Source: Escherichia coli (GTDB lineage: Bacteria > Pseudomonadota > Gammaproteobacteria > Enterobacterales > Enterobacteriaceae). From it: a stretch of DNA of 64,000 nt. The notes beneath the pieces were generated by a model. That model made no database searches. It was not told the origin of the DNA and worked only from the letters and a program-made list of their open reading frames with translations. The position numbers were made by a program, and so were the translations under genes. The DNA lies in NCBI RefSeq assembly GCF_030013205.1, contig NZ_CP122648.1. One strand, written 5' to 3'. Below, one piece after another: positions 35,241 through 47,528 of this stretch (position 1 is the stretch's first letter; each line of letters starts with the position of its first letter).

Positions 35241-35414
35241 CAAAATTACCTTTACATGAAAAATAGACACAAATGCTGTGTCGGTTACCAGTACACCAAT
35301 TGTGGTACGCTTTGTCCAGTGCAACTTTACTAAAAAGTGATAAAAGTCGCGTTATTTTTGATGTTAATTATTTTACCCATTGATTTTAAAGAGTTTACTA
35401 AAATTTCATTTGTC

Positions 35415-35975
35415 TCAAAACTGAAAGCGCATCCAGGCAAAGTACACATTGCCATTGTTATAGGTACCCGGAATGTAGGTCATCTGAAAAGTCACTGGAC
35501 CATAACCCACAGAGGCCAATGGCAGTAGAACCGGGAGAGGGATGTAATTCCAGTTATCGCGTGCCGTTACGCCAGCGGTGAATCCCAGTCCTAAATGAAA
35601 ATTTTCATCCGCCAGCGGTCGCCAGGTACTTTCCCATCCGTATCCGGCAATCGGTTCCCATTTGTTCCACGAGTCCTTAAATGCCATGGCATACAGGCCA
35701 TGCCAGTTTCCTTTTTCATCCCAACGCGACTGACCAAAACCGCCACCCCACGGTCGCTCGTTATAGCGATCGGTTTTTTCTTTGTCGTAAGCGAAACGAG
35801 CATGCCAGGTGATGGCAGGAATATATAAATCATAATGTTCAGGCTGTTGCCAGGTTTGTGTAATATTTTCTCCAAACGTTGTCATCCACTCATCTGCGTT
35901 AGCAAAAACTTTACCAACGCTGATTAACTGAATAAAAACAAAGGAAAAGATAGCGACATATTTACTCACGTTCAT
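35415..35975 (-). CDS. pagP: lipid A palmitoyltransferase PagP (outer membrane)
   Basis: 186 aa from [14 protein letters not shown]..; the track ORF is 8 codons longer. Confidence 0.9.
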   Translation of the reverse strand: MNVSKYVAIFSFVFIQLISVGKVFANADEWMTTFGENITQTWQQPEHYDLYIPAITWHARFAYDKEKTDRYNERPWGGGFGQSRWDEKGNWHGLYAMAFKDSWNKWEPIAGYGWESTWRPLADENFHLGLGFTAGVTARDNWNYIPLPVLLPLASVGYGPVTFQMTYIPGTYNNGNVYFAWMRFQF

Positions 35976-36460
35976 TTGTGACCATAAAACATTTATCAAA
36001 AATCTACTACTAGCATAGCAAAGCTACAATTAACATAACCTTAATAGCCCCAACATAAAGAACAATCTGAATAGCTGCTCTATTTATTTCCGCTTGTTTA
36101 AGTTAAATATTTCCGCGCATCGATTAAAGATGATGTATCGTTTTCTGCGATGGGAATAGTCAAAAAAGAAAAACCAAGTATTTTTTGATGACAAAATGCA
36201 ACCAAGGAAAAATTTCTTTATTTTTTAATTGGATACAAAAATCACCTTAACGAAGAATATAATATATATCGTCAACCCATGCTCATGGCAGATTATTTTC
36301 TGAGCACGCAACCGCAGCTAACACCATTGCTATTAACAAATTTGCATCAATCCGCCATCAATTTACACACATTATTATGTGGTAATTGCCAAACGCTAAA
36401 TATGCGTTTTGTTATCTATGTATAAAAACAGCAACTTCAATGTCTTAATGGCAGTTTTTC

Positions 36461-36474
36461 TTGATTTTAATCAG
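36461..36474. promoter_or_regulatory. FNR-like site TTGAT-TTTA-ATCAG upstream of dcuC
   Basis: 9/10 match to TTGAT-N4-ATCAA, centred about 96 bp upstream of the dcuC ATG; dcuC is known to be anaerobically induced. Confidence 0.4.
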
Positions 36475-36563
36475 CATTCATCGCCAATTTATTGGGCATA
36501 TTTTTTCCTTAAGTTTTAGGAATTTTTTATTATTTACTTTGGGGCCTGGAGACAGGAAAAATT

Positions 36564-37949
36564 ATGCTGACATTCATTGAACTCCTTATTGGGGTTGTGG
36601 TTATTGTGGGTGTAGCTCGCTACATCATTAAAGGGTATTCCGCCACTGGCGTGTTATTTGTCGGTGGCCTGTTATTGCTGATTATCAGTGCCATTATGGG
36701 GCACAAAGTGTTACCGTCCAGCCAGGCTTCAACAGGCTACAGCGCCACGGATATCGTTGAATACGTTAAAATATTGCTAATGAGCCGCGGCGGCGACCTC
36801 GGCATGATGATTATGATGCTGTGTGGCTTTGCCGCTTACATGACCCATATCGGCGCGAATGATATGGTGGTCAAGCTGGCGTCAAAACCATTGCAGTATA
36901 TTAACTCCCCTTACCTGCTGATGATTGCCGCCTATTTTGTCGCCTGTCTGATGTCTCTGGCCGTCTCTTCCGCGACCGGTCTGGGTGTTTTGCTGATGGC
37001 AACCCTGTTTCCGGTGATGGTAAACGTTGGTATCAGCCGTGGTGCAGCTGCTGCTATTTGTGCCTCCCCGGCGGCGATTATTCTCGCACCGACTTCAGGG
37101 GATGTGGTGCTGGCGGCGCAGGCTTCCGAAATGTCGCTGATTGACTTCGCCTTCAAAACGACGCTGCCTATCTCAATTGCTGCAATTATCGGCATGGCGA
37201 TCGCCCACTTCTTCTGGCAACGTTATCTGGATAAAAAAGAGCACATCTCTCATGAAATGTTAGATGTCAGTGAAATCACCACCACTGCTCCTGCGTTTTA
37301 TGCCATTTTGCCGTTCACGCCGATCATCGGAGTGCTGATTTTTGACGGCAAATGGGGTCCGCAATTACACATCATCACTATTCTGGTGATTTGTATGCTG
37401 ATTGCCTCCATTCTGGAGTTCATCCGCAGCTTTAATACCCAGAAAGTTTTCTCTGGTCTGGAAGTGGCTTATCGCGGGATGGCAGATGCGTTTGCTAACG
37501 TGGTGATGCTGCTGGTTGCCGCTGGGGTATTCGCTCAGGGGCTTAGCACCATCGGCTTTATTCAAAGTCTGATTTCTATCGCCACCTCGTTTGGTTCGGC
37601 GAGTATCATCCTGATGCTGGTATTAGTGATCCTGACAATGCTGGCGGCAGTCACGACCGGTTCAGGCAATGCGCCGTTTTATGCGTTTGTTGAGATGATC
37701 CCGAAACTGGCGCACTCTTCCGGCATTAACCCGGCGTATTTGACTATCCCAATGCTGCAGGCGTCAAACCTCGGTCGTACCCTGTCACCCGTTTCTGGCG
37801 TAGTCGTTGCGGTTGCCGGGATGGCGAAAATCTCACCATTTGAAGTCGTAAAACGCACCTCGGTGCCGGTGCTTGTTGGTTTGGTGATTGTTATCGTTGC
37901 TACAGAGCTGATGGTGCCAGGAACGGCAGCCGCGGTCACAGGCAAGTAA
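36564..37949 (+). CDS. dcuC: anaerobic C4-dicarboxylate transporter DcuC
   Basis: 461-aa polytopic membrane protein. Confidence 0.9.
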   Translation: MLTFIELLIGVVVIVGVARYIIKGYSATGVLFVGGLLLLIISAIMGHKVLPSSQASTGYSATDIVEYVKILLMSRGGDLGMMIMMLCGFAAYMTHIGANDMVVKLASKPLQYINSPYLLMIAAYFVACLMSLAVSSATGLGVLLMATLFPVMVNVGISRGAAAAICASPAAIILAPTSGDVVLAAQASEMSLIDFAFKTTLPISIAAIIGMAIAHFFWQRYLDKKEHISHEMLDVSEITTTAPAFYAILPFTPIIGVLIFDGKWGPQLHIITILVICMLIASILEFIRSFNTQKVFSGLEVAYRGMADAFANVVMLLVAAGVFAQGLSTIGFIQSLISIATSFGSASIILMLVLVILTMLAAVTTGSGNAPFYAFVEMIPKLAHSSGINPAYLTIPMLQASNLGRTLSPVSGVVVAVAGMAKISPFEVVKRTSVPVLVGLVIVIVATELMVPGTAAAVTGK

Positions 37950-37957
37950 ATAGTCAT

Positions 37958-37984
37958 GCCGGAGGCAAGTTTCCTCCGGCTTTA
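37958..37984. terminator. hairpin between convergent dcuC and dpiA
   Basis: GCCGGAGG-CAAGTTT-CCTCCGGC perfect 8-bp stem. Confidence 0.5.
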
Positions 37985-37989
37985 TCATG

Positions 37990-38670
37990 TCACCCACTGT
38001 GGTATATGCGTTGCGGTCTGCCAACTTTGCCGTGAACAATTTCAGCAATAATCAGATGGCGGCTGGCGCAATATTCAAGATAACGTCTGGCAGTGGTGCG
38101 GCTGATAGTCAGTGCCTGCGCCACCGTTTCTGCCGTATGTTGCACACCAGGCTCTTTAAACAGTTTTCGCACTGCGTTTAGCGTCAAGGGGTCAATGCCG
38201 GTCGGCAGTTCGTCTTTGGGTTCACCGCGAGCATAGGCATTAAACATCTCATCAATTTGCTTCTGGCTGGCGCTATCAATACTTTCCAGCATATGTTTAC
38301 GCTGGCGGAAACGGGTTAGCGTTTGCCCCAGACGTTCATAGGCAATTGGCTTAATGAGATAATCAAATACACCACAACGTACGGCTTCAGACACCGTTTC
38401 CATATCACTGGCTGCAGTGGTAAACACCACGTCGCCGGGATAATGCGCCTGCACCAGTTCATGCAGTAAATTAATCCCTCTACCGTCAGGAAGATAGTTA
38501 TCGAGCAAGATTAGCCCCGGCTTAAAACGCTCGATCATCATTCGGGCCTGCGCCAGGTTTCCCGCCAGTAATATCTGACTGAATCCGGGAATGTGACGAA
38601 TATATTCCGCATGCATCTCTGCCAGCGGCGTTTCGTCCTCAACGATCAATAGGGTTAATGGAGCTGTCAT
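37990..38670 (-). CDS. dpiA: two-component response regulator DpiA (CitB)
   Basis: 226 aa; receiver domain (LLDNYLPDG) plus C-terminal HTH. Confidence 0.9.
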   Translation of the reverse strand: MTAPLTLLIVEDETPLAEMHAEYIRHIPGFSQILLAGNLAQARMMIERFKPGLILLDNYLPDGRGINLLHELVQAHYPGDVVFTTAASDMETVSEAVRCGVFDYLIKPIAYERLGQTLTRFRQRKHMLESIDSASQKQIDEMFNAYARGEPKDELPTGIDPLTLNAVRKLFKEPGVQHTAETVAQALTISRTTARRYLEYCASRHLIIAEIVHGKVGRPQRIYHSG

Positions 38671-40297
38671 TAGGTTTCACTTTCGGAATATAGATTGAAA
38701 ATAAGGTACCGCAGGGATCATTATCTTCGAGAGTGATAACACCACCGCAGCGCGTTACGTAGCTGGCAATCAAGTACAACCCAATGCCATGTTCACCGGG
38801 CTCGTCAGCACGCGTACTGACACCCTGCTCAAATATTTTGTCTCGTAGAGACTCTGGAACGCCGCAGCCCTGATCGGCGACTTCAATCACCACATCATCG
38901 CCTTCATCGCTGAGGAATAATTCAACGATCTTGTTTCCTTCATCGCTACGTAGGCTGGCTTCGAAGGCGTTATCAAGTAAATTGCCAACAATGGCTGCAA
39001 ACTCGGTGCTGTCCAGTCCTGGCGGCAGTTGCGAAAGCTGACTTCCGGGGACGATGACCATTTTTAGCCCCAGTTCGCGGGCGCGCTGCACTTTACCAAA
39101 AAGCAGCCCCGCCACCTGGCGATCGGCAAACGCCTCGCGCAGGCTATCAATAAGCTGTTGCTGGGCCTGAGACTCCCCCTGCACCATCGCCAACACGCGA
39201 TCATACTCTTTCATCTGCAACAGACCATTGAGCGTCGACATCCAATTGAGATGCTCGTGTCGCAATGTGCGCAGGCTCTCGACGTATTGTTTAATTTGCG
39301 TCAGTTGCGCATTGAGGGTGGATATTTCGTCTTTACTACGAAAGCTGATAATGGCCCCCAGCAAATCATCACCAGAACGAATAGCTTCCCGGTTGGCAAT
39401 AACGCTCAGACCGTTAAAGTTCGCCACCACATCCTGTCGTTTTTCATCAATCTGTTCGGTAAAGAAATCGGCGGGCCTGACCACTTCAGCAATGGGTTTA
39501 CCCAACCATTGCCGTCCGGGGGAGCTCAGCCCCAGCATCTTTCTTGCGTTACGATTGATGGCGGTAATGTAACCGTGCGGATCCACCGCAATGAGCCCTT
39601 CATAAACCGAACTAAACAGCGCCTCTTGCTGACGGACCACGCGTGCGATTTGCTTTGGCTCCATGCCCATCATCTGCCGACGGATATGCGCGGCCAGGAA
39701 CCACGACAGCAACATCAGAATCCCTAACAGCACGACAAACACGCCAGCCATCGGTAATAAAAACTCAGCCCGCCAGCTATCGATTTTACTCACCAGGTAG
39801 CCAATCGACACCACGCCGATGACTTTTCCATCGTCATCAAAGATTGGCGTTTTGGCACGCATCGCCATGCCAATTGACCCTTTCCCGGTGATGAAGTAGC
39901 TCTCCCCTTTCTCCAGCGCGCCCGGTTTGGTGAACTGCATAGGATAACCAATTTTCTCCGGATTAGGATGGTAAAGACGAATCGAGTGCCGATCGCCAAT
40001 CACCACATAATCGAAATCAGTATCTCTTTGTAATTTATCAGCGATGGTCGCCAGCCTCTTGTAGTCACGCGTTTTCACTGCGCTGATGATACTGTCATTA
40101 GAAGCAATAATTTTTGCCTGATTCATTGCCATATCGCGCACATGAAGCGTTAAATAGTCCTCAAAACTGGCCGTAAAATATTGCGCCAGGGCTGCAATGA
40201 CAAATATTGAGAACACCAGAATCAGCAAAAAGATACGCAGCGGAAATGCCAGTCTTTGGAAAAATGCAAACTGTTTATTCTCGTTAAGCTGCAACAT
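38639..40297 (-). CDS. dpiB: sensor histidine kinase DpiB (CitA), citrate-sensing
   Basis: 552 aa from MLQLNENKQ; two TM segments flanking a periplasmic domain; H-box LRHEHLNWMSTL; overlaps dpiA by 32 nt. Confidence 0.9.
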   Translation of the reverse strand: MLQLNENKQFAFFQRLAFPLRIFLLILVFSIFVIAALAQYFTASFEDYLTLHVRDMAMNQAKIIASNDSIISAVKTRDYKRLATIADKLQRDTDFDYVVIGDRHSIRLYHPNPEKIGYPMQFTKPGALEKGESYFITGKGSIGMAMRAKTPIFDDDGKVIGVVSIGYLVSKIDSWRAEFLLPMAGVFVVLLGILMLLSWFLAAHIRRQMMGMEPKQIARVVRQQEALFSSVYEGLIAVDPHGYITAINRNARKMLGLSSPGRQWLGKPIAEVVRPADFFTEQIDEKRQDVVANFNGLSVIANREAIRSGDDLLGAIISFRSKDEISTLNAQLTQIKQYVESLRTLRHEHLNWMSTLNGLLQMKEYDRVLAMVQGESQAQQQLIDSLREAFADRQVAGLLFGKVQRARELGLKMVIVPGSQLSQLPPGLDSTEFAAIVGNLLDNAFEASLRSDEGNKIVELFLSDEGDDVVIEVADQGCGVPESLRDKIFEQGVSTRADEPGEHGIGLYLIASYVTRCGGVITLEDNDPCGTLFSIYIPKVKPNDSSINPIDR

Positions 40298-40676
40298 TGT
40301 TTTCCTTGCGGGTTGTCCCGAGCCTCTTTGACGAATGTAATTAAAATGTTGAATCAAAATACATAGATATTAAATATAATCGTGGCAAATTTTATTCATT
40401 AAATCAATTAAATCACTTAAACCTGCGGGTCATTTCGTAATTACATTAATTAAAAAACTTAAAACCATTAAATAAATAAAAAACCACTAACTCTATGTGA
40501 AATAAATCAAAATTTCACGCTGCAATACTCCTTAGGATGTATAGCGAAAGGAGAAAAAGATATACCTCGATCGCCCCCCTTTCTCCCAAGTGAAAATAAA
40601 AGGTTATCAGTTTGCAACATCGAACAACATTTGTTGCAAATCGATAACAACATGCACCTTCAGGATACTATTTATT

Positions 40677-41735
40677 ATGTTCGGCAATGATATTTTCACC
40701 CGTGTAAAACGTTCAGAAAATAAAAAAATGGCGGAAATCGCCCAATTCCTGCATGAAAATGATTTGAGCGTTGACACCACAGTCGAAGTATTTATTACCG
40801 TAACCCGCGATGAAAAGCTTATCGCGTGCGGTGGAATTGCCGGAAATATTATTAAATGCGTTGCTATCAGTGAATCCGTTCGCGGTGAAGGACTGGCGCT
40901 GACATTAGCCACCGAGCTAATTAACCTCGCCTATGAGCGGCACAGCACGCATCTGTTTATTTATACCAAAACCGAATACGAGGCGCTGTTCCGCCAGTGC
41001 GGTTTTTCCACGCTGACCAGTGTACCCGGCGTGATGGTGCTGATGGAAAACAGCGCCACGCGACTGAAACGCTATGCCGAATCGCTGAAAAAATTTCGTC
41101 ATCCAGGGAACAAGATTGGCTGCATTGTGATGAACGCCAATCCCTTTACGAATGGTCACCGTTATCTGATTCAACAGGCTGCAGCACAGTGCGACTGGTT
41201 GCATCTGTTTTTAGTTAAAGAAGATTCTTCACGCTTTCCCTATGAAGACCGGCTGGATCTGGTGTTAAAAGGCACCGCCGATATTCCACGCCTGACTGTG
41301 CATCGCGGCTCCGAATACATCATCTCCCGCGCTACGTTCCCTTGCTACTTCATTAAAGAACAGAGCGTCATTAACCATTGTTACACCGAAATTGATCTGA
41401 AGATTTTCCGTCAGTACCTCGCTCCCGCGCTGGGTGTAACTCACCGCTTTGTCGGTACTGAACCCTTTTGTCGCGTTACCGCCCAGTACAACCAGGATAT
41501 GCGCTACTGGCTGGAAACGCCGACTATCTCCGCACCGCCCATCGAACTGGTTGAAATTGAGCGGCTGCGTTACCAGGAGATGCCGATATCCGCTTCCCGG
41601 GTACGTCAACTGCTGGCGAAAAACGATCTCACGGCTATCGCGCCGCTGGTCCCTGCAGTCACGCTGCATTATTTGCAGAACCTGCTTGAGCACTCCCGCC
41701 AGGACGCGGCAGCTCGTCAAAAGACCCCCGCATGA
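40677..41735 (+). CDS. citC: [citrate (pro-3S)-lyase] ligase
   Basis: 352 aa from MFGNDIFTRV; the track ORF starts 29 codons upstream. Confidence 0.9.
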   Translation: MFGNDIFTRVKRSENKKMAEIAQFLHENDLSVDTTVEVFITVTRDEKLIACGGIAGNIIKCVAISESVRGEGLALTLATELINLAYERHSTHLFIYTKTEYEALFRQCGFSTLTSVPGVMVLMENSATRLKRYAESLKKFRHPGNKIGCIVMNANPFTNGHRYLIQQAAAQCDWLHLFLVKEDSSRFPYEDRLDLVLKGTADIPRLTVHRGSEYIISRATFPCYFIKEQSVINHCYTEIDLKIFRQYLAPALGVTHRFVGTEPFCRVTAQYNQDMRYWLETPTISAPPIELVEIERLRYQEMPISASRVRQLLAKNDLTAIAPLVPAVTLHYLQNLLEHSRQDAAARQKTPA

Positions 41736-41749
41736 GAAACAGGTGAAAA

Positions 41750-42046
41750 ATGAAAATAAACCAGCCCGCCGTTGCAGGCACCCTTGAGTCTGGGGATGTG
41801 ATGATACGCATCGCCCCACTCGATACGCAGGATATCGACCTGCAAATCAACAGCAGCGTTGAGAAACAGTTTGGCGATGCAATTCGCACCACCATTCTGG
41901 ACGTTCTCGCCCGCTACAACGTGCGCGGCGTACAGCTGAATGTCGATGATAAAGGCGCACTGGACTGCATTTTACGTGCACGACTGGAAGCCCTGCTGGC
42001 ACGCGCCAGCGGTATCCCGGCTCTGCCATGGGAGGATTGCCAATGA
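41750..42046 (+). CDS. citD: citrate lyase acyl carrier protein (gamma subunit)
   Basis: 98-aa ORF, operon position. Confidence 0.9.
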
Positions 42047-42951
42047 TTTCCGCTTCGCTGCAACAACGTAAAACTCGCACCCGCCGCAGCATGTTGTTTG
42101 TGCCTGGTGCCAATGCCGCGATGGTCAGCAACTCCTTCATCTACCCGGCTGATGCCCTGATGTTTGACCTCGAAGACTCCGTGGCATTGCGTGAAAAAGA
42201 TACCGCCCGCCGCATGGTTTACCACGCGCTGCAACATCCGCTGTATCGCGATATTGAAACCATTGTGCGTGTAAACGCGCTGGATTCCGAATGGGGTGTT
42301 AACGACCTGGAAGCCGTCGTTCGCGGTGGTGCGGACGTTGTGCGTCTGCCGAAAACCGATACCGCTCAGGATGTTCTGGATATCGAAAAAGAGATCCTGC
42401 GTATCGAAAAAGCCTGTGGTCGTGAACCCGGCAGTACCGGCTTGCTGGCGGCGATTGAATCTCCGCTGGGCATTACCCGCGCAGTGGAAATCGCTCACGC
42501 TTCCGAGCGTTTGATCGGTATCGCCCTCGGTGCAGAAGACTATGTGCGCAACCTGCGTACAGAACGCTCCCCGGAAGGAACTGAACTGCTGTTCGCTCGC
42601 TGCTCCATTTTGCAGGCCGCGCGCTCTGCGGGTATTCAGGCGTTCGATACCGTCTATTCCGACGCTAACAACGAAGCCGGATTCCTGCAAGAAGCCGCCC
42701 ACATCAAACAGCTGGGCTTTGACGGCAAATCGCTGATCAACCCGCGTCAGATTGATCTGCTGCACAACCTCTACGCACCGACCCAGAAAGAAGTGGATCA
42801 CGCCCGCCGCGTCGTAGAAGCCGCTGAAGCCGCCGCTCGCGAAGGCCTCGGCGTAGTTTCCCTGAACGGCAAGATGGTGGACGGTCCGGTTATCGATCGC
42901 GCCCGTCTGGTGCTCTCCCGCGCAGAACTTTCCGGCATCGGCGAAGAATAA
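42043..42951 (+). CDS. citE: citrate lyase beta subunit (citryl-CoA lyase)
   Basis: 302 aa from [10 protein letters not shown]; ATGA overlap with citD. Confidence 0.9.
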
Positions 42952-42961
42952 GGCAATCAAA

Positions 42962-44494
42962 ATGACGCAGAAAATTGAACAATCTCAACGACAAGAACGG
43001 GTAGCGGCCTGGAATCGTCGCGCTGAATGCGATCTTGCCACTTTCCAAAACTCACCAAAGCAAACCTACCAGGCTGAAAAAGCGCGCGATCGCAAACTGT
43101 GCGCCAACCTGGAAGAAGCGATTCGTCGCTCGGGTTTACAGGACGGCATGACGGTTTCCTTCCATCACGCTTTCCGTGGCGGTGACCTGACCGTCAATAT
43201 GGTGATGGACGTCATCGCGAAGATGGGCTTTAAAAACCTGACCCTGGCCTCCAGCTCCCTGAGTGATTGCCATGCGCCGCTGGTAGAACACATTCGCCAG
43301 GGCGTGGTTACCCGCATTTATACCTCTGGCCTGCGCGGTCCACTGGCGGAAGAAATCTCCCGTGGTCTGCTGGCGGAACCGGTGCAAATCCACTCTCACG
43401 GCGGACGTGTGCATCTGGTACAGAGCGGCGAACTGAATATAGACGTGGCTTTCCTCGGCGTCCCGTCCTGTGATGAATTCGGTAATGCCAACGGCTACAC
43501 CGGTAAAGCCTGCTGCGGCTCCCTCGGCTATGCAATGGTTGATGCCGACAACGCGAAACAGGTTGTGATGCTCACTGAAGAACTGCTGCCTTATCCTCAT
43601 AATCCGGCAAGCATTGAGCAAGATCAGGTTGATCTGATCGTCAAAGTTGATCGCGTTGGCGATGCCGCGAAAATCGGCGCTGGCGCGACCCGTATGACCA
43701 CTAACCCGCGCGAACTGCTTATTGCCCGTAGCGCTGCGGATGTGATTGTCAACTCAGGCTACTTTAAAGAAGGTTTCTCCATGCAGACCGGCACCGGCGG
43801 CGCATCGCTGGCGGTAACCCGTTTCCTGGAAGACAAAATGCGTAGCCGCGATATTCGCGCCGACTTCGCCCTTGGCGGTATTACTGCAACGATGGTTGAT
43901 CTGCACGAAAAAGGTCTGATCCGCAAACTGCTGGATGTACAGAGCTTTGACAGCCACGCTGCACAATCGCTGGCCCGTAACCCCAATCACATCGAAATCA
44001 GCGCCAACCAGTACGCTAACTGGGGTTCAAAAGGCGCATCGGTTGATCGTCTCGACGTGGTGGTACTGAGCGCGCTGGAAATTGACACCCAGTTCAACGT
44101 TAACGTGCTGACCGGCTCTGACGGCGTACTGCGTGGTGCTTCCGGTGGTCACTGCGATACCGCGATTGCCTCTGCGCTTTCCATCATCGTCGCGCCGCTG
44201 GTACGCGGCCGTATTCCGACTCTGGTGGATAACGTGCTGACCTGCATCACCCCGGGCTCCAGTGTCGATATTCTGGTCACAGACCACGGTATCGCAGTTA
44301 ACCCGGCACGTCCGGAACTGGCAGAACGTCTGCAGGAAGCGGGGATCAAAGTGGTTTCTATTGAGTGGCTGCGTGAACGTGCGCGTCTGCTGACCGGTGA
44401 ACCACAGCCGATTGAATTCACCGACCGCGTCGTTGCTGTTGTGCGTTACCGCGATGGCTCGGTGATCGATGTTGTGCATCAGGTGAAGGAATAA
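42962..44494 (+). CDS. citF: citrate lyase alpha subunit
   Basis: 510-aa ORF. Confidence 0.95.
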   Translation: MTQKIEQSQRQERVAAWNRRAECDLATFQNSPKQTYQAEKARDRKLCANLEEAIRRSGLQDGMTVSFHHAFRGGDLTVNMVMDVIAKMGFKNLTLASSSLSDCHAPLVEHIRQGVVTRIYTSGLRGPLAEEISRGLLAEPVQIHSHGGRVHLVQSGELNIDVAFLGVPSCDEFGNANGYTGKACCGSLGYAMVDADNAKQVVMLTEELLPYPHNPASIEQDQVDLIVKVDRVGDAAKIGAGATRMTTNPRELLIARSAADVIVNSGYFKEGFSMQTGTGGASLAVTRFLEDKMRSRDIRADFALGGITATMVDLHEKGLIRKLLDVQSFDSHAAQSLARNPNHIEISANQYANWGSKGASVDRLDVVVLSALEIDTQFNVNVLTGSDGVLRGASGGHCDTAIASALSIIVAPLVRGRIPTLVDNVLTCITPGSSVDILVTDHGIAVNPARPELAERLQEAGIKVVSIEWLRERARLLTGEPQPIEFTDRVVAVVRYRDGSVIDVVHQVKE

Positions 44495-44497
44495 GCC

Positions 44498-45902
<1,405 letters not shown>

Positions 45903-45951
45903 TAATTTAAGCACTTGATAAAATTGGAATATTAATTGTCGGAGAACCCGT

Positions 45952-47415
45952 ATGTCTTTAGCAAAAGATAATATATGGAAATTATTGGCGCCCTTGGTGG
46001 TGATGGGTGTCATGTTTCTTATCCCTGTACCTGACGGTATGCCGCCGCAGGCGTGGCATTACTTTGCAGTGTTTGTGGCAATGATTGTCGGCATGATCCT
46101 CGAGCCAATTCCGGCAACAGCGATCAGTTTTATTGCGGTTACTATTTGCGTTATTGGCAGTAATTACCTGCTCTTTGATGCCAAAGAATTAGCTGACCCA
46201 GCGTTTAATGCGCAAAAACAGGCGCTGAAATGGGGTCTGGCTGGTTTTTCCAGCACCACGGTATGGCTGGTATTTGGCGCATTTATTTTTGCATTAGGGT
46301 ATGAAGTTTCCGGGTTAGGCCGTCGTATTGCCCTTTTCCTGGTGAAATTCATGGGCAAACGCACGCTGACGTTGGGTTATGCGATTGTCATTATCGACAT
46401 TCTGCTGGCACCGTTTACACCGTCCAACACCGCGCGTACCGGGGGTACGGTTTTTCCGGTCATTAAAAACCTGCCGCCGCTGTTTAAATCATTCCCGAAC
46501 GATCCGTCCGCGCGTCGTATTGGCGGCTATTTGATGTGGATGATGGTCATTAGTACCAGTCTGAGTTCGTCCATGTTTGTCACCGGTGCGGCACCAAACG
46601 TGCTGGGTCTGGAGTTCGTCAGCAAAATTGCCGGTATCCAGATTAGCTGGTTGCAGTGGTTCCTCTGCTTCCTGCCGGTTGGGGTTATCTTGCTTATCAT
46701 TGCGCCGTGGCTTTCCTACGTGCTGTACAAACCGGAAATCACACACAGTGAAGAAGTGGCAACCTGGGCGGGTGATGAACTAAAAACCATGGGTGCGCTG
46801 ACACGCAGAGAGTGGACGCTGATTGGTCTTGTATTGCTCAGCTTAGGTTTGTGGGTATTTGGCAGTGAAGTCATTAATGCTACTGCGGTAGGTCTGCTGG
46901 CAGTTTCGCTAATGCTGGCCCTGCACGTTGTGCCGTGGAAAGACATTACCCGCTATAACAGCGCATGGAACACACTGGTCAACCTGGCAACTCTGGTTGT
47001 GATGGCTAATGGCCTGACTCGTTCTGGTTTTATTGACTGGTTCGCCGGTACCATGAGTACGCACCTGGAAGGATTCTCACCAAACGCAACGGTGATTGTA
47101 CTGGTTCTGGTGTTCTACTTTGCACACTACCTGTTTGCTAGCCTGTCTGCGCACACCGCAACCATGCTGCCGGTTATTCTGGCCGTCGGTAAAGGTATTC
47201 CGGGCGTACCAATGGAACAACTGTGTATTCTGCTGGTGCTGTCTATCGGTATCATGGGCTGTCTGACGCCGTATGCAACCGGTCCTGGGGTGATTATTTA
47301 CGGCTGTGGCTATGTGAAATCAAAAGATTACTGGCGACTTGGTGCAATCTTCGGGGTGATTTACATCTCTATGCTGCTGTTGGTTGGCTGGCCGATTCTC
47401 GCCATGTGGAACTAA
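45952..47415 (+). CDS. citT: citrate:succinate antiporter
   Basis: 487-aa polytopic membrane transporter. Confidence 0.95.
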   Translation: MSLAKDNIWKLLAPLVVMGVMFLIPVPDGMPPQAWHYFAVFVAMIVGMILEPIPATAISFIAVTICVIGSNYLLFDAKELADPAFNAQKQALKWGLAGFSSTTVWLVFGAFIFALGYEVSGLGRRIALFLVKFMGKRTLTLGYAIVIIDILLAPFTPSNTARTGGTVFPVIKNLPPLFKSFPNDPSARRIGGYLMWMMVISTSLSSSMFVTGAAPNVLGLEFVSKIAGIQISWLQWFLCFLPVGVILLIIAPWLSYVLYKPEITHSEEVATWAGDELKTMGALTRREWTLIGLVLLSLGLWVFGSEVINATAVGLLAVSLMLALHVVPWKDITRYNSAWNTLVNLATLVVMANGLTRSGFIDWFAGTMSTHLEGFSPNATVIVLVLVFYFAHYLFASLSAHTATMLPVILAVGKGIPGVPMEQLCILLVLSIGIMGCLTPYATGPGVIIYGCGYVKSKDYWRLGAIFGVIYISMLLLVGWPILAMWN

Positions 47416-47446
47416 TACGTTCGCCAAACGCTGAATAAATCATCAC

Positions 47447-47480
47447 GCCCGCCAGGTAAGCCCACCTGGCGGGCTTTTTT
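47447..47480 (+). terminator. rho-independent terminator of citT
   Basis: GCCCGCCAGGT-AAGCCC-ACCTGGCGGGC followed by TTTTTT. Confidence 0.8.
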
Positions 47481-47528
47481 ATGATTTAATAGATAGTATT
47501 CAGTGTATGTATGAGTTCCACACCCATT

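Noticed and set aside
35976-36100. PhoP box upstream of pagP
   Set aside because: Only a weak TGTTTA-N5-AATATT resemblance; not convincing without a PWM scan.
41914-42960. 348-aa ORF on the minus strand (similar long reverse-strand ORFs at 6907-7818, 19431-20360, 18681-19379, 25196-25996, 15324-15926)
   Set aside because: Each lies entirely antisense to a well-supported conserved gene (citE, miaB, leuS, mrdA, gltL) and has no recognisable motifs; typical shadow ORFs.
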